Source: Verrucomicrobiota bacterium (GTDB taxonomy: Bacteria; Verrucomicrobiota; Verrucomicrobiia; Chthoniobacterales; UBA10450). Taken from it: DNA of 64,000 nucleotides. Each line of letters opens with the position of its first letter. Position 1 is the stretch's first letter. The stretch lies in NCBI GenBank assembly GCA_046734175.1, contig JBKPQR010000031.1, forward strand, positions 2,120-66,119, read 5' to 3'. The notes beneath the pieces were generated by a model. The model saw only the letters and a program-made list of their open reading frames with translations, was not told where the DNA came from and made no database searches. Shown one piece after another: positions 1 through 11,100 of the stretch. The position numbers and the translations under genes are program-made.

Positions 1-440
1 ACTACACTGGCCAGCACCTTCTTGCGGGGAAGGCCGGGGAGTTGCAGATCGGCGCGCACGCGGCGCCGAATTGCCTCCAGTGCATCACCGAAGACAAGGA
101 TGCGATCATACTTGTTTTCGTCGCGAACAGCGCGCCATCGTTCGTGATAGCGGTATTGCTTGCGACCGCGAGCGTCGCGACCAGTAGCCTGGATATGCCC
201 ATTGGGAGATGGGCAAATCCAGACGTCAGTATACGCTGGTGGAATGGCGAGCCGGCGAATACGAAGCAACCGCGCCTCATCGCGGATCGGCTTACCTTCG
301 GTGTCGAAGTACTCGAAGGATTTGCCTTTGCGTTTGCGAGTGTAGCCCGGTTGCTCGTCATTTACGTACCGCAGCCCAGCTTCTTCGGCTGCTTCCTGCG
401 GGTCGGTCAGTATTGCTAATTGCCGCTTCTTTCGGGCCAC
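1..440 (-). CDS. DNA topoisomerase IB (poxvirus-type), N-terminal part; gene runs off the window start
   Basis: Absent from the ORF track because of a GTG start at 438-440. The minus-strand translation VARKKRQLAILTDPQEAAEEAGLRYVNDEQPGYTRKRKGKSFEYFDTEGKPIRDEARLLRIRRLAIPPAYTDVWICPSPNGHIQATGRDARGRKQYRYHERWRAVRDENKYDRIL matches the conserved bacterial TopIB N-terminus. Confidence 0.8.
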   Translation of the reverse strand, partial: MARKKRQLAILTDPQEAAEEAGLRYVNDEQPGYTRKRKGKSFEYFDTEGKPIRDEARLLRIRRLAIPPAYTDVWICPSPNGHIQATGRDARGRKQYRYHERWRAVRDENKYDRILVFGDALEAIRRRVRADLQLPGLPRKKVLASV

Positions 441-503
441 GACTCTAATACGCGCACGGGGAGAGGAACAAGCGCATGCGCTCAGCGGCTGCCAGCCGCG
501 TGA

Positions 504-929
504 TTATGCCCCGTAGCTCTTGCTGAATTTTTTGCGCGACTCCCCTTCTGCGCTTTCCACTTCGGGCAGCGTCGCAGATGTTGCTGGTTCAGCTTGGGGT
601 GGCGTCGTCGTTTCGGAAGGGGAAGACTCTGCGGCCGGAGAAGCTTTTTTACCCTGCGCTACTTCCACATAGACGAGTTGAAGATTCGATAAGGCGTTGC
701 GCAAGACGGCGGATTCTTCGTTGCTGAGATTGCCGCGCGTTTTCTCCTGAATCATGGCCAGCTGGTCGATGAACATCTTGGCCAACTCCAGGTTCACTTC
801 CGGCTCGCCGCTATGTGGATTCGGTATCTGCCCGAGGAAAAGGGCCGCGTTCTGCGCATGCATCATGACGAACTCGACGAAGCGCTGCGTCACTTCCCCG
901 GAGTTGGTGCTCGTTTGGACTTCAGCCAT
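504..929 (-). CDS. DUF1844 domain protein
   Basis: FVEFVMMHAQNAALFLGQIPNP...LAKMFIDQLAMIQEKTRGNLSNEE pattern typical of DUF1844. Its start codon directly abuts the stop of the upstream M16 peptidase gene. Confidence 0.65.
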   Translation of the reverse strand: MAEVQTSTNSGEVTQRFVEFVMMHAQNAALFLGQIPNPHSGEPEVNLELAKMFIDQLAMIQEKTRGNLSNEESAVLRNALSNLQLVYVEVAQGKKASPAAESSPSETTTPPQAEPATSATLPEVESAEGESRKKFSKSYGA

Positions 930-3569
930 CTATCTTGCCTTCGTTCCTGAGGCGGCGGCTGGCGGTCGCACTATTGAAAGCACGTAGGGCTGCCGGCTAA
1001 AATATTTCTCCGCCACTTGCACGGTATCTGCCACCGTCACCGCGTTTATTCGCGCTTCCACTTCCTTATAGTGATTAAAACCAAGCCCCAGCAGCTCGTC
1101 CACCGCAGCCGAATAGCCGAAGGCATCGTTACTTTGATTTTGGATTTGTTGCTGCCCGATCAACTTCTTCTTCGCTCGCGCGAGCTCCACTGGCGTCAGT
1201 CCTTCACTGGCCAGCTTGCGAATTTCATCCAGAAAGGCCGCTTTCACCGGCTCGATCTTCTGCGGATCGGTCCCGAGATAAAACGCAAACAGGCCCGGCA
1301 CGAGCGCTTCCATTTGCGCCGCGCCCACGAAGTAAGCCAACCCCATCTCTTCGCGAATGCGAATGAAAAATCTCGAACCAAGGTCACTGCTGGCTTCATC
1401 GATCAGTTCGAGCACGTAATGATCCGGATCAAAAATACTGCCGCCACGATAACCGACCATGAGCACAGCCTGCGCTTTTTCCCGCTCTGTCTCGACGGTT
1501 TTGCTGCCTTTTATTTCCGGTGAGACCGCGGCATTCGCCAGCGCCAATTCTCCCGGCGGCATCGAGCCGAGCTTTTGCTCCAGCATCTGCTTTACGTTGG
1601 CGGCCTTGACGCTGCCGAAAACGGAGATGACCCCGTTCTTCGCCACGATGTACTTGTCGCGAAATGCGAGCAGCTCTTTCGACCCAAGGTGAGCGATCGA
1701 GTCCGCACTGCCTTCCGGCCGCAGGGCAAAGGGATGCTGCGGGAATAGCGCCGCCTTCAGCTGATTGCGCGCAACAGAAGTTGGTTGCTCGTCTTCTTCC
1801 TTAATCCGGGCCAGCTGGTTTTCCTTTTCGCGGGCCACGGCTTGCTCGGGCATTGTGGCATTGAGAAGCACATCGGCCAGTATATCAGTGCCGAGGGCGA
1901 GATCGGGCTGTGTCACACCAACTTTGACGGCCAGGCTATTGTTGCCGGCCTCGGTGTAAATAGCGCCACCCACTGCCTCAAGCTGCCCGGAGATTTGTTC
2001 CGCCGTGCGTGTCTTCGTTCCTTTGAGCAACGATTTCGCCGCCAGCCGCGAAATGCCATTTATCTCGGGTCTCTCCGCGAGTAAACCGCAGCGAAAGACA
2101 GCTGAGATCGCGACAAGAGGCAGACGTGGATCTTCGCGCACCAGCAGCCGCAAACCGTTACTAAGTTCGAATTTCTGAATCTGACCCGCGCTGACCGGCG
2201 CCGCTGCTCCATCCTTGCTCGCGAGCGAACCCTTCGGATTGAGGGAGACGAGGGTAAGGTTTTCATCGCGCAGGTATTTGCCAGCGACTCGCTTCACGTC
2301 GTCGAGCGACACTTTTTGCACCTTCTCGAGATACTCGCGGCTGAAGTTCAGGTTCCGGGTCAGAAACCAATTTGTCCCCAGATCTGAAGCTTGTCCGCGC
2401 ATGGTCGTTAATGACGAGAGCTCGTGGGAGAGCGCGATTTTTTTCGCTTTCGCCAACTCATCCGCGCTCACCCCGTCGTGACGAACTTCATCGAGAACCT
2501 GCGCGATCAATTGCTGTGCAGCTCCGCGCTTCTTGGGATCAAGTGTGGCGTCGATGCCGAGCAAGCCCGGCTCGCCCGGCGTGTAGGAAAAGGCGGAGAT
2601 GGAAAAAACCAGCCCGGCCTCTTCCCGCACCTTGCGATACAAACGCGAGCTGCGCCCTTCCCCCAGTATGATCGACAGAACATCGAGCGCCGGCACATCG
2701 GGATCGCTGATCTCGGGCACGTGCCACCCCATCGCGAGATGGGTCAGCTGAGTAGGAAATTCATCCTGAACTTCACGACGGCCGAGTTGGGGCGGCTCAG
2801 CGGGGATGTAAACCGGCTCGAGAGACTGCGCCGGGTAATCCTTAAAGAATGTCTCAAGTTGATTGCGCACTTTCCCGGCCTCGACATCGCCCACGATGAC
2901 GAAAGTGAGATTGTTCGGCACGTAGCGCGCCTTGTAGTATTCCATCACCTGCTGCTGGGTGAGCTGGTTGTAGATGTCGATTAATCCAATGACGGGCAGC
3001 CGATACGGATGCTGCTGGTAAGCGGTTGCGAAAAGCAACTGCGTCAGCATCCGTTCAGGATCATCCATCCCCATGGCAAACTCGCGCCGGATGACCTCCT
3101 GTTCCTTGGCGTACTCGCCCGGGGGCAAGGTGGAGTTCATCATGGCATCGGACAAAATATCCAGCGCGGCCGGCACGCCATCCTTCGGCACGTCGATCCA
3201 AAAGACGGTGCGATCGAAAGAAGTGTAGGCATTAATGTAGCCGCCAACGTCCTGGATCTTTTGCGCGATCTCGTTAGTGGAACGCGTCTTCGTTCCCTTG
3301 AAGAGCATGTGCTCGAGGATATGGGAAAGACCGGCGCCGAGATGTTTGTCTTCGCTAATGCTGCCCGTGGCACACCAGGCCTGCACGCTTGCCACCGGAG
3401 CGCTGCGGTCTTCCTGGACGATGATGGTGAGACCATTGGGCAGAATCCATTTCTGCGCCGTGTTCGGCGAAAAGGTGATGACCGGAGAATCGGCCGCGGC
3501 GGCAGTATTGAGATTAGCTGTGTCTAACATAAGAAGAAGCCCTACGACCGCCCCGCCGCACCGCTTCAT
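930..3569 (-). CDS. M16 family zinc peptidase (two-module pitrilysin/PqqL-like), secreted
   Basis: 879 aa with an N-terminal signal-like segment, the HILEHMLFKGT (HxxEH) zinc motif and a duplicated M16 architecture. Confidence 0.9.
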   Translation of the reverse strand: MKRCGGAVVGLLLMLDTANLNTAAAADSPVITFSPNTAQKWILPNGLTIIVQEDRSAPVASVQAWCATGSISEDKHLGAGLSHILEHMLFKGTKTRSTNEIAQKIQDVGGYINAYTSFDRTVFWIDVPKDGVPAALDILSDAMMNSTLPPGEYAKEQEVIRREFAMGMDDPERMLTQLLFATAYQQHPYRLPVIGLIDIYNQLTQQQVMEYYKARYVPNNLTFVIVGDVEAGKVRNQLETFFKDYPAQSLEPVYIPAEPPQLGRREVQDEFPTQLTHLAMGWHVPEISDPDVPALDVLSIILGEGRSSRLYRKVREEAGLVFSISAFSYTPGEPGLLGIDATLDPKKRGAAQQLIAQVLDEVRHDGVSADELAKAKKIALSHELSSLTTMRGQASDLGTNWFLTRNLNFSREYLEKVQKVSLDDVKRVAGKYLRDENLTLVSLNPKGSLASKDGAAAPVSAGQIQKFELSNGLRLLVREDPRLPLVAISAVFRCGLLAERPEINGISRLAAKSLLKGTKTRTAEQISGQLEAVGGAIYTEAGNNSLAVKVGVTQPDLALGTDILADVLLNATMPEQAVAREKENQLARIKEEDEQPTSVARNQLKAALFPQHPFALRPEGSADSIAHLGSKELLAFRDKYIVAKNGVISVFGSVKAANVKQMLEQKLGSMPPGELALANAAVSPEIKGSKTVETEREKAQAVLMVGYRGGSIFDPDHYVLELIDEASSDLGSRFFIRIREEMGLAYFVGAAQMEALVPGLFAFYLGTDPQKIEPVKAAFLDEIRKLASEGLTPVELARAKKKLIGQQQIQNQSNDAFGYSAAVDELLGLGFNHYKEVEARINAVTVADTVQVAEKYFSRQPYVLSIVRPPAAASGTKAR

Positions 3570-4000
3570 GCGGGCTTGGGCGCGGGCAGACCGGGCGGAA
3601 CATGCCGTGGAACCAGCCGCTGCGGCTGAAATGGTTTCACGAAGGCATCCTCAAAATCGTAAACGGCCTTGAAATCATCCATCGAATCTTCGTCCGTCTT
3701 ACCAAAAATGCCCGCGGCAATAAGGTTGAAAACCATCTGCCCGATGTCTTCGCAGCAATGAATGCCCCAGCAGGAGAAAACGCTTAGCGCCATCGGACCA
3801 AATTCCTTCAGCGCATATTGCCGCACACCTTCGAGCAACTCCGGCCCCGCCACATGACGCAGCGCCGCGCCCTTTATTTTCTTTTGCTGTTTGGTGGTGA
3901 AATCGAGCGCGTCGCGCAGAAAAACATAAGCGTCGCGCTGATAGCGGGCGTCGCTAGCAACGATGGAGTCAAGTGCCTCAGCGAATCCTATCTTTTGCAT
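3566..4000 (-). CDS. Minf_1886/TIGR04138-like Verrucomicrobia-Planctomycetes restricted protein
   Basis: I take the start at MQKIGFAEAL (cat at 3998-4000) because the longer ORF overlaps the upstream gene. YQRDAYVFLRDALDFT...RHVAGPELLEGVRQYALKEFGPMA resembles that family as I recall it. Confidence 0.5.
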   Translation of the reverse strand: MQKIGFAEALDSIVASDARYQRDAYVFLRDALDFTTKQQKKIKGAALRHVAGPELLEGVRQYALKEFGPMALSVFSCWGIHCCEDIGQMVFNLIAAGIFGKTDEDSMDDFKAVYDFEDAFVKPFQPQRLVPRHVPPGLPAPKPA

Positions 4001-4100
4001 CTTGTCAGTGCGCGAGAGAGCACGCTGGACGATAACGGCAAGTTCGAACCGAGCAACTCGCGCGCCGGAATTTCGCGCGCCGCGCCATCCAGGCATCGTG

Positions 4101-5399
4101 CTACTGCACCTCTGTTTCCATGGCATCGAGATAAATCGAAAGCGGATCATGCCGCCGCGTGCTCTCATCTTTGGCGGCGGCCGCGCGGACGTACTCGCGA
4201 AATGTTCCGCTCGAGCTTTGCGATTGGGTCGCTTCGAACCAATTCATGTAGTCGTCCACTTCGCGCATGCGCAAGGCAACACGCTTTCGCAACATGGCAG
4301 TGGCGGCGAGCCGCTTCTCCAATCCGCGTGTCCGGCCGCGCGCCACGGTTTCCGCCACTGTTTGGTAATCGGCTACAATAGAGCGCAGAAGCGGGTGTGC
4401 CCGCGAGCGCAACAGCATCAGCCGTCCCACCAGCAGGCGAATCGACGCCTGGTCAATCCTGGCCCGGCCTGCGCGGCCGGCCTCTTCGAGCGTGAACACT
4501 TCTTTTGCCTTCACCTCCTGGCCGATGCTCGTGCGCAGACATCGATCCAACTGCTCTGATGTCTCCGCGAACGTCAATAAGGCAAAGCGTTGCTCACGCG
4601 CACTTCGCGCTACGCTCGCGCTCCAATATTTTTCCATCGCTTCTTCATCTTTGCCAAGCACCGGGAAATGCGCGCGCAAGTCTGCCATTGCATCGGCCGA
4701 GGCGTGCGGCCAATCAGCGATATAGCGGGCGAGCTGCGCAGGCCCGTTGGCAGATGCGACAAGCGCGCGCAGCAGCGCGGTGGCGCAGGCGCGATAGAGC
4801 GCGCGCGACTGCGAATCGAGAAGCGCGGGATGCAGGGCAAGGAAATTCTTCAACGGCGGCGGCTGCGCAGCCTCGCTCTCGAGCGTGTCGTAAAGATCGG
4901 AGGATTGGCTGCTAAAGTTGAGAACACCTTCGACCAGCCACTCCGGCGGAGGATTGTAAACCTCACCAGCCGGCAGGGACGGCAAAGTGCGGTAACTCAT
5001 TTCCAGAAGCAGCGCGCGCACGACCTCGCGGCGGAGAACCTGAGGATCCCAAGCACGATCAACCAGCAGGTCGAGCTGGATTTTCAAGCCCGCGCCAGTC
5101 TGGCTGAAATTCAAAGCGACGGGTGGAACTTCGGGAACGTTAGCCTGCGGTTGCTGGAGGTTGAGCAGAATAGGCACCGACCACCGGTCAGGTACTTGCA
5201 AGAGCGCGAGCAACTCGGCCTTAGTTTGCTCTGCTGCGTCCGCCACGCTCCCGCGCAAACGCGCGTCTCCGCCGAAAACAATGAATTGTCGTGAAGTGCT
5301 AAGCGTGCGCGCCAGCGGCGCACTTTCAGCAACAAGCGCTCCCGCCGCGCACAGCCAAACGAAAAACGACAGCGAGCGATGGTGAATCTTCACAAGCAC
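4101..5399 (-). CDS. hypothetical secreted protein
   Basis: 432-aa ORF with a signal-like N-terminus (SLSFFVWLCAAGALVAES). No recognised domain. Confidence 0.55.
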   Translation of the reverse strand: MLVKIHHRSLSFFVWLCAAGALVAESAPLARTLSTSRQFIVFGGDARLRGSVADAAEQTKAELLALLQVPDRWSVPILLNLQQPQANVPEVPPVALNFSQTGAGLKIQLDLLVDRAWDPQVLRREVVRALLLEMSYRTLPSLPAGEVYNPPPEWLVEGVLNFSSQSSDLYDTLESEAAQPPPLKNFLALHPALLDSQSRALYRACATALLRALVASANGPAQLARYIADWPHASADAMADLRAHFPVLGKDEEAMEKYWSASVARSAREQRFALLTFAETSEQLDRCLRTSIGQEVKAKEVFTLEEAGRAGRARIDQASIRLLVGRLMLLRSRAHPLLRSIVADYQTVAETVARGRTRGLEKRLAATAMLRKRVALRMREVDDYMNWFEATQSQSSSGTFREYVRAAAAKDESTRRHDPLSIYLDAMETEVQ

Positions 5400-5515
5400 A
5401 AAGTAGCCAGTCGGGTCGCGTCTGACGAGTCCTGAACAACTAAGGGCGAATCGCGTTGTTTAATCAGCGGACTCAGACTTTGGAGAGATTCTTTGCGCTG
5501 GGTTGGAGGATCATT

Positions 5516-6088
5516 ATGAAACGAAAAAGATTACTTGTCATGGCAGCGCTGACGCTTTGCCTGGCATCGCCGGCCTTTGCCAGGCCCCAAGTTGTTACCA
5601 CATCCAGCGGCAACCGGACCTTTGTCAGGAGTAACCATTACCGACCGTATTGTCGCGGGAGTGGTGTCTCCTGGTCGATCGGAATCGGATTTCCTTTTTA
5701 TGGGGGTTACTACGGCGGTTACCCTTATTCTTACGGGGCCTACCCTTACTCTTACGGCGGTTACCCTTATTCCTACGGGGCCTATCCTTATTACGGGGGC
5801 TACTATCAATCCTCTTATTATCCGTACGCAAGTTCAGGCTATGGCGGCGGCTACTATTCATCGGGCGCTCGTTACTACGGCAGACCCGGTTACGAGCGCG
5901 GCTATCGAGGCTCAACTGTGGCGCGAGTTCAGGAACGGCTCGCGCGCGCCGGTTATTACCGGGGATCGATCGACGGAATTATGGGACCGCGCACTCGCTC
6001 CGCCATTCGCGTCTACGAGCGAAGACATGGTTTGCCGGCAGACGGCGTAATCGATCGTCAGCTGCTCGAGACGATGGGGCTTGCCTAG
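5516..6088 (+). CDS. peptidoglycan-binding (PG_binding_1) protein with Gly/Tyr-rich repeat region
   Basis: Signal peptide MKRKRLLVMAALTLCLASPAFA. GGYPYSYGAYPYSYGGYPYSYGAYPYYGGYY repeats. C-terminal VQERLARAGYYRGSIDGIMGPRTRSAIRVYERRHGLPADGVID motif. Confidence 0.8.
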   Translation: MKRKRLLVMAALTLCLASPAFARPQVVTTSSGNRTFVRSNHYRPYCRGSGVSWSIGIGFPFYGGYYGGYPYSYGAYPYSYGGYPYSYGAYPYYGGYYQSSYYPYASSGYGGGYYSSGARYYGRPGYERGYRGSTVARVQERLARAGYYRGSIDGIMGPRTRSAIRVYERRHGLPADGVIDRQLLETMGLA

Positions 6089-6149
6089 AATTTCCCAAGG
6101 TTGGGGAGCCGGCGGGTGGTAGCGCTACGCGGCCCGCCGGCGAGCTCTT

Positions 6150-6908
6150 TTACGGCGCGGTAAAGACGATCTCTTTGTCGCGCAGCTCCACCGAACCGCA
6201 GCGCGCAATGAGTTTGCGCTCCCGTTCCAGCGCGCGGAGGAGGTCGCCAAAAAGAAAGCTCGCTGATCGCATGAGCTGGGGATGAATCGGCAGCCGCCCA
6301 ATCGCGCCCGCCGACGGCGTGCCATTCAGTCTGCCGCTCTGGAGTTTAACGCTAAAGATACCTGAGGTGTATATCGTGCAACCAAAAATGGAACGGGCGA
6401 CGGCCACGTCGCACGAAGCAGGGTGAAAGGCTGCCGTAACGCGCTCGAAGCCGAGCAGAAGATGCTCGAGCATCTCCTTCTTCCTGCTCAAAACGTATGC
6501 GAGATAGGCGTTCACGTCCGCTTCGGAATAATGCAGCTGCGGGGGCCTGTGATACTGCGTCATTCCTTCGAGATCCAAGCTGATCTGCGGCGGCAGCGTC
6601 TCTGACTTGGTCACCGGCGGTAGAACCGGCGGCGGCAACAGCATCAAGACAACGGCAGCAGCTGCCACAGCCGCGAGAAGCAACTTCACACATCGCATGA
6701 TGACCGGCCGGAGACGCCCGCGCCGCGAATCGAACATGCCGCTGAGTCGCTTGTGCACCTCGTCCGGACTTTCCTTCTCCGCGGCCGCAATGGATGCAAG
6801 AGCGGAGCGGTCCAGACGCGTCCCGCAATCATGGCAATAAATCCGCTCCGGCTCGTTTTCGCGCCGGCATTCCGGACAAACCAGTCGTGCTGGGGCAGCG
6901 GTGCTCAT
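6150..6908 (-). CDS. zinc-ribbon membrane protein, hypothetical
   Basis: N-terminal CPECRRENEPERIYCHDCG zinc ribbon followed by one TM segment. 4-bp overlap with the upstream FmdB-like gene. Confidence 0.6.
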   Translation of the reverse strand: MSTAAPARLVCPECRRENEPERIYCHDCGTRLDRSALASIAAAEKESPDEVHKRLSGMFDSRRGRLRPVIMRCVKLLLAAVAAAAVVLMLLPPPVLPPVTKSETLPPQISLDLEGMTQYHRPPQLHYSEADVNAYLAYVLSRKKEMLEHLLLGFERVTAAFHPASCDVAVARSIFGCTIYTSGIFSVKLQSGRLNGTPSAGAIGRLPIHPQLMRSASFLFGDLLRALERERKLIARCGSVELRDKEIVFTAP

Positions 6909-7234
6909 GTGGATTTTTTTTCCGGCTTCGTTGCGGGTGGCGGCGATGCGCTCTTGTTCTCGCCTTTGCCTTCAGATTTGGGCGACGGCTTCTCCGGCGA
7001 GTCCTTCTTCGCGGCTTCCTTGTAAGAAGAGCTGCGATAATCAGTGATATAAAATCCCGAGCCTTTGAAAATGATTCCCGCGCCAGTGCCGAGGAGGCGC
7101 TTCACTTTGCCGTGTCCCCATTTTCGGAGCCGGCACAATTGCTTTGGACACTCGCGAAAAGGTTCATCGCGCATCGATTGGAACGCGTCGAAATTCTGCC
7201 CGCACTTTTCGCAGGCATATTCATAAGTGGGCAT
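6905..7234 (-). CDS. FmdB family zinc-ribbon protein (CxxC_CxxC_SSSS)
   Basis: MPTYEYACEKCGQNFDAFQSMRDEPFRECP... is the canonical FmdB/TIGR02605 N-terminus. ATG at 7232-7234. Confidence 0.85.
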   Translation of the reverse strand: MPTYEYACEKCGQNFDAFQSMRDEPFRECPKQLCRLRKWGHGKVKRLLGTGAGIIFKGSGFYITDYRSSSYKEAAKKDSPEKPSPKSEGKGENKSASPPPATKPEKKST

Positions 7235-7358
7235 GGGTAAATCAAGGAGCCGCAAAGTAGATTCGTTGCAGAGCAAAATTCAAGCCGCCATGCCCGGTTC
7301 CTGCTCTCTCGCCTTCTTGACTTTAACAAAGCAACGGGGAACATCCCGTTCCAATTTT

Positions 7359-7970
7359 ATGCCGCGCAGGATCTCATTTGCTGCCCTCACCCTTGCCGCC
7401 GCCGCCTTTTCCCTTGTGGGATGCGGCTCGGAAGACGCTCGTTTTTCCACTGAGACGCAATATCTCGGCGGAATCTACGGACCGGGCCCTGTCTCAGCCG
7501 GCGCGCCGCAGGACAATGTCTCCTACTGGGACGGTGACGCCATGGAGGGTAAACCGAGCGTCAAGATCAGCCTGGGCGAGCAGCGCGCCTATTTTTATAA
7601 GAGCGGGAAGCTGGTCGGAATTTCCCAACTTTCCACTGGGCGCGAAGGTCTCAATACGCCCATCGGGAAGTTCGCCATTCAGCAAAAGGACGTGAACCAC
7701 GTCTCGAGCAAGTATGGCGATTACGTTGATGAATTCGATAATGTGGTAAAGCCGAACGTGGAACTGGGTGTGGATCCAAAGCCACCGGGGACGCATTTCA
7801 AAGGCGCGCCCATGCCTTACTTCATGCGGATCGTCGGCGGCGTCGGCATGCACGCCGGCTATCTGCCCGGTTACCCCGCTTCCCACGGCTGCATTCGCAT
7901 GCCGGAGTTTATGGCGGAGAATTTCTTCAAGTCGGTTAACGTCGGAACGCCGGTAACGATCACCAATTAG
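7359..7970 (+). CDS. L,D-transpeptidase (YkuD) lipoprotein
   Basis: Lipobox AAFSLVGC and the catalytic HGCIRM motif near the C-terminus. Confidence 0.9.
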   Translation: MPRRISFAALTLAAAAFSLVGCGSEDARFSTETQYLGGIYGPGPVSAGAPQDNVSYWDGDAMEGKPSVKISLGEQRAYFYKSGKLVGISQLSTGREGLNTPIGKFAIQQKDVNHVSSKYGDYVDEFDNVVKPNVELGVDPKPPGTHFKGAPMPYFMRIVGGVGMHAGYLPGYPASHGCIRMPEFMAENFFKSVNVGTPVTITN

Positions 7971-8130
7971 CAAGGCGCGCCCCGCTACCTCCTGAGCGAA
8001 GCGAAGCGGCGTCGAAAAGCGCGCTGCGAAAACATTAAGGCAGCTTCCGATCGGGATTTCTCCGCTTCGCTTCACACGACGCTTAACGCGACGGAATTGA
8101 AGTGGCGTCCCTTTTCGGCGACAGCTTCGA

Positions 8131-11100
8131 GTGGAGAAAAACCGTCATGCTTTCCTGCTGGAACTGGCGGCTCGCGCCGAGCCGATCGCGCAAAAACTGC
8201 GCGACATCGCCGGCGCCAGGTTTCCCGTGTTTTTTTCCCATGTCATCGAGAGCGCACAGTCATTCCTCGCCGCAATTATTGCGCGCGCCATCGGCCAATC
8301 GATTTGGGTCGTCTGCCCGACTGTCCGCTCACAGGAGCTGTTCTTTGAGAGCATCGTAAACTGGATTCCCGGCGCGCTGTTTCTGCCCGAGGTGGAATTG
8401 GGCGCGGTCGAGAACATCCTTCCCGACCCGGAGATCGCGGCGGAACGGCTGGCTTTGCTTTCCCTGATCGAGAAGCAGCCTGCCCGACAGCTCATCGTGG
8501 CCACGCGCACAGCACTCAGCCAATCCGCCCCGCAAGTTGGCGCTCTCAGATCTTCCACACTGGAATTGCGCGCGGGCGCGACGATGAACATGGAACTCCT
8601 GCTCCGTTCGCTTACGCAGGCCGGCTACGAACGCGTAGCGCAGGTGAGCACGCGCGGCCATTTCGCCGTTCGCGGCGGTATTGTGGATGTTTTCTCATGG
8701 CAGGCGGCGCAGCCAGTGCGCGCTGAATTTTTGGGGGATGAAATCGAATCGTTGCGCGAGTTCGATCTCGACACTCAGGTTTCCATTCGATCGCTCGACC
8801 AGTGCAGCGTGCTGCTCAGTGCGATGGACGACAGCACCGGAACGGTGCGCGATTACATCCACGGCCTTGTCCTCGAGGTGGAACCTGAATTATCAGAGGG
8901 CAAATCTGGCCGAGAGCCGCACCTGCGGCTCGCTCCTCCGGCGCATATCCAAATCAGCGAGGGTTGGCTTAACTCTGCACCAGGCGAGAAAGCGACGACG
9001 GGAGAAGAGGACTTTGCCGCCGCCTTCGTCGAACCCGATATTCCCGAATTCGGTTCCGGCGATTTCATGCTGGCAGAAGCGAAGCGCGGGCAATTCGCCA
9101 TGCGTCTAAGAGATTGGCGGAACCAGAATTCAACGGTAGCGATTTACTTTCAGACCGAGGGCGAGATCGAGCGCTTCCGCGAAATCATTCCCCCGGACGC
9201 GCTCGCCGGCGTCGAGCTTCTCGAAGGGACGCTTAGCCGCGGCTTTAGTTTCCCGGCGGCGAATCTTGTCGTCCTTTCGGCCAACGAATTGCTCGGGCGG
9301 TTTCCCGTTCACGCCCGGCGCCGGCTCCAGCGAGCGGAGCGGCGCAATCGTGCGCCGATCGATTTCAGCGAGCTAAACGAAGGCGAGTTCGTTGTGCATC
9401 TTGAACATGGAATCGGAAGATTTCTCGGGATCGTCGAACTGCCAGGCGAGCGTTCGGCGGCAGCGTCCGAAGTTCTCGCCCTGGAATTCGCCGATGAAGC
9501 CAAACTCTATGTGCCGCTGGAGCAGGCCTACCTCGTTTCCCGCTACGTCGGCGTCGGGAAAAAATCTCCCGCGCTCAGCTCATTGGCAGATGGAAAATGG
9601 GCGCGCGCCAAAAAAAGCGCGAGCGCATCCATATTTGATTACGCCGGCAGAATGCTTGCGCTCCAGGCGGAGCGGCAAACAAACGCTGGTCACGCCTTTG
9701 GCCCCGACACCAAATGGCAGGCTGAGTTTGAGCATTCATTTCCTTATCGGGAAACGCCTGACCAGCTTACGGCGATTATCGAGACCAAGCGCGACATGGA
9801 GCAGCCGCGGCCGATGGATCGGCTACTCTGCGGCGACGTCGGCTTCGGTAAAACGGAAGTCGCCATTCGCGCCGCCTTCAAGGCGGTGATGGAGGGTAAA
9901 CAGGTCGCTGTGCTGGCCCCAACCACGGTGCTCGCCCAGCAGCATCTCGAAACATTCCAGCAGCGCATGCTGGAATACCCCATTCGCATTGAAATGCTCA
10001 GCCGTTTTCGGTCGCACGCGACACAGAAAAAAATCGTGAGCCTTTTGCGCGAAGGCGGCATCGACATCATCATCGGCACGCACCGGCTCATCTCAGGCGA
10101 CGTGGCGTTCAAGAATCTCGGCCTCGTCGTGATCGATGAAGAGCAGCGCTTCGGCGTTTTGCACAAGGAGAAGTTCAAGGAGCTGTTCAAGCTCGTGGAC
10201 GTACTCACGCTCTCAGCTACGCCCATTCCACGCACGCTCTATCTCTCGTTAGTCGGGGTAAAAGATATGTCCACCATCGAGACGCCGCCGCAGAACCGTC
10301 TGCCGGTGGAAACCGTGGTCTGCGGTTACGATGAGCGCATTATTCGCGACGCGATCAACCGCGAGCTCGAGCGGCAGGGGCAGGTTTACTTTTTGCACAA
10401 TCGCGTGCAATCAATCGAGAAAGTGCGCGACCGCATGGCGGAGCTTTGCCCGCAGGCGCGCATCGAGTTCGCCCACGGCCAGATGGATTCGGACGAACTG
10501 GAAGCGGTCATGCACCGTTTCGTGCAGGGGAAAATCGATGTGCTTGTCTGCACTACCATCATTGAGAGCGGCCTCGATATTCCCAACGCGAACACGATCA
10601 TCATCGATCGGGCCGATCGCTTCGGTCTCGCCGATTTGTATCAGCTTCGCGGGCGCGTCGGCCGGGCCGAGCACAAAGCTTACGCCTACCTCCTGCTTCC
10701 CCGCGAGATGATGACGCTAGGCGCCGCACGCAAGCGCATCAATGCCATCAAACAATACAGTTCACTCGGCGCCGGTTTTCGCATCGCCATGCGCGACCTG
10801 GAAATTCGCGGCGCCGGCAGCATCCTCGGCACCGCGCAAAGTGGGCACATCATGGCGGTCGGGTTTGATCTGTATTGTCAGTTGCTCAAGCAGGCGGTTG
10901 CCCAGCTGAAGGGAACAAAAACGCGCTGGCGGCTGGACATCGAGGTGCGGTTGGATTTTGTCACAAGCAACGAAGCTGAGCTCGTGCGCGAACAGACCGC
11001 CCGTCCGGTGCCGGCGTTCATTCCGCGGGCATACATTGATGAGCCGCCGCTGCGCATCCAGGCATATCGCCGGCTCGCCGAGGTGACCACAGCCGACGAG

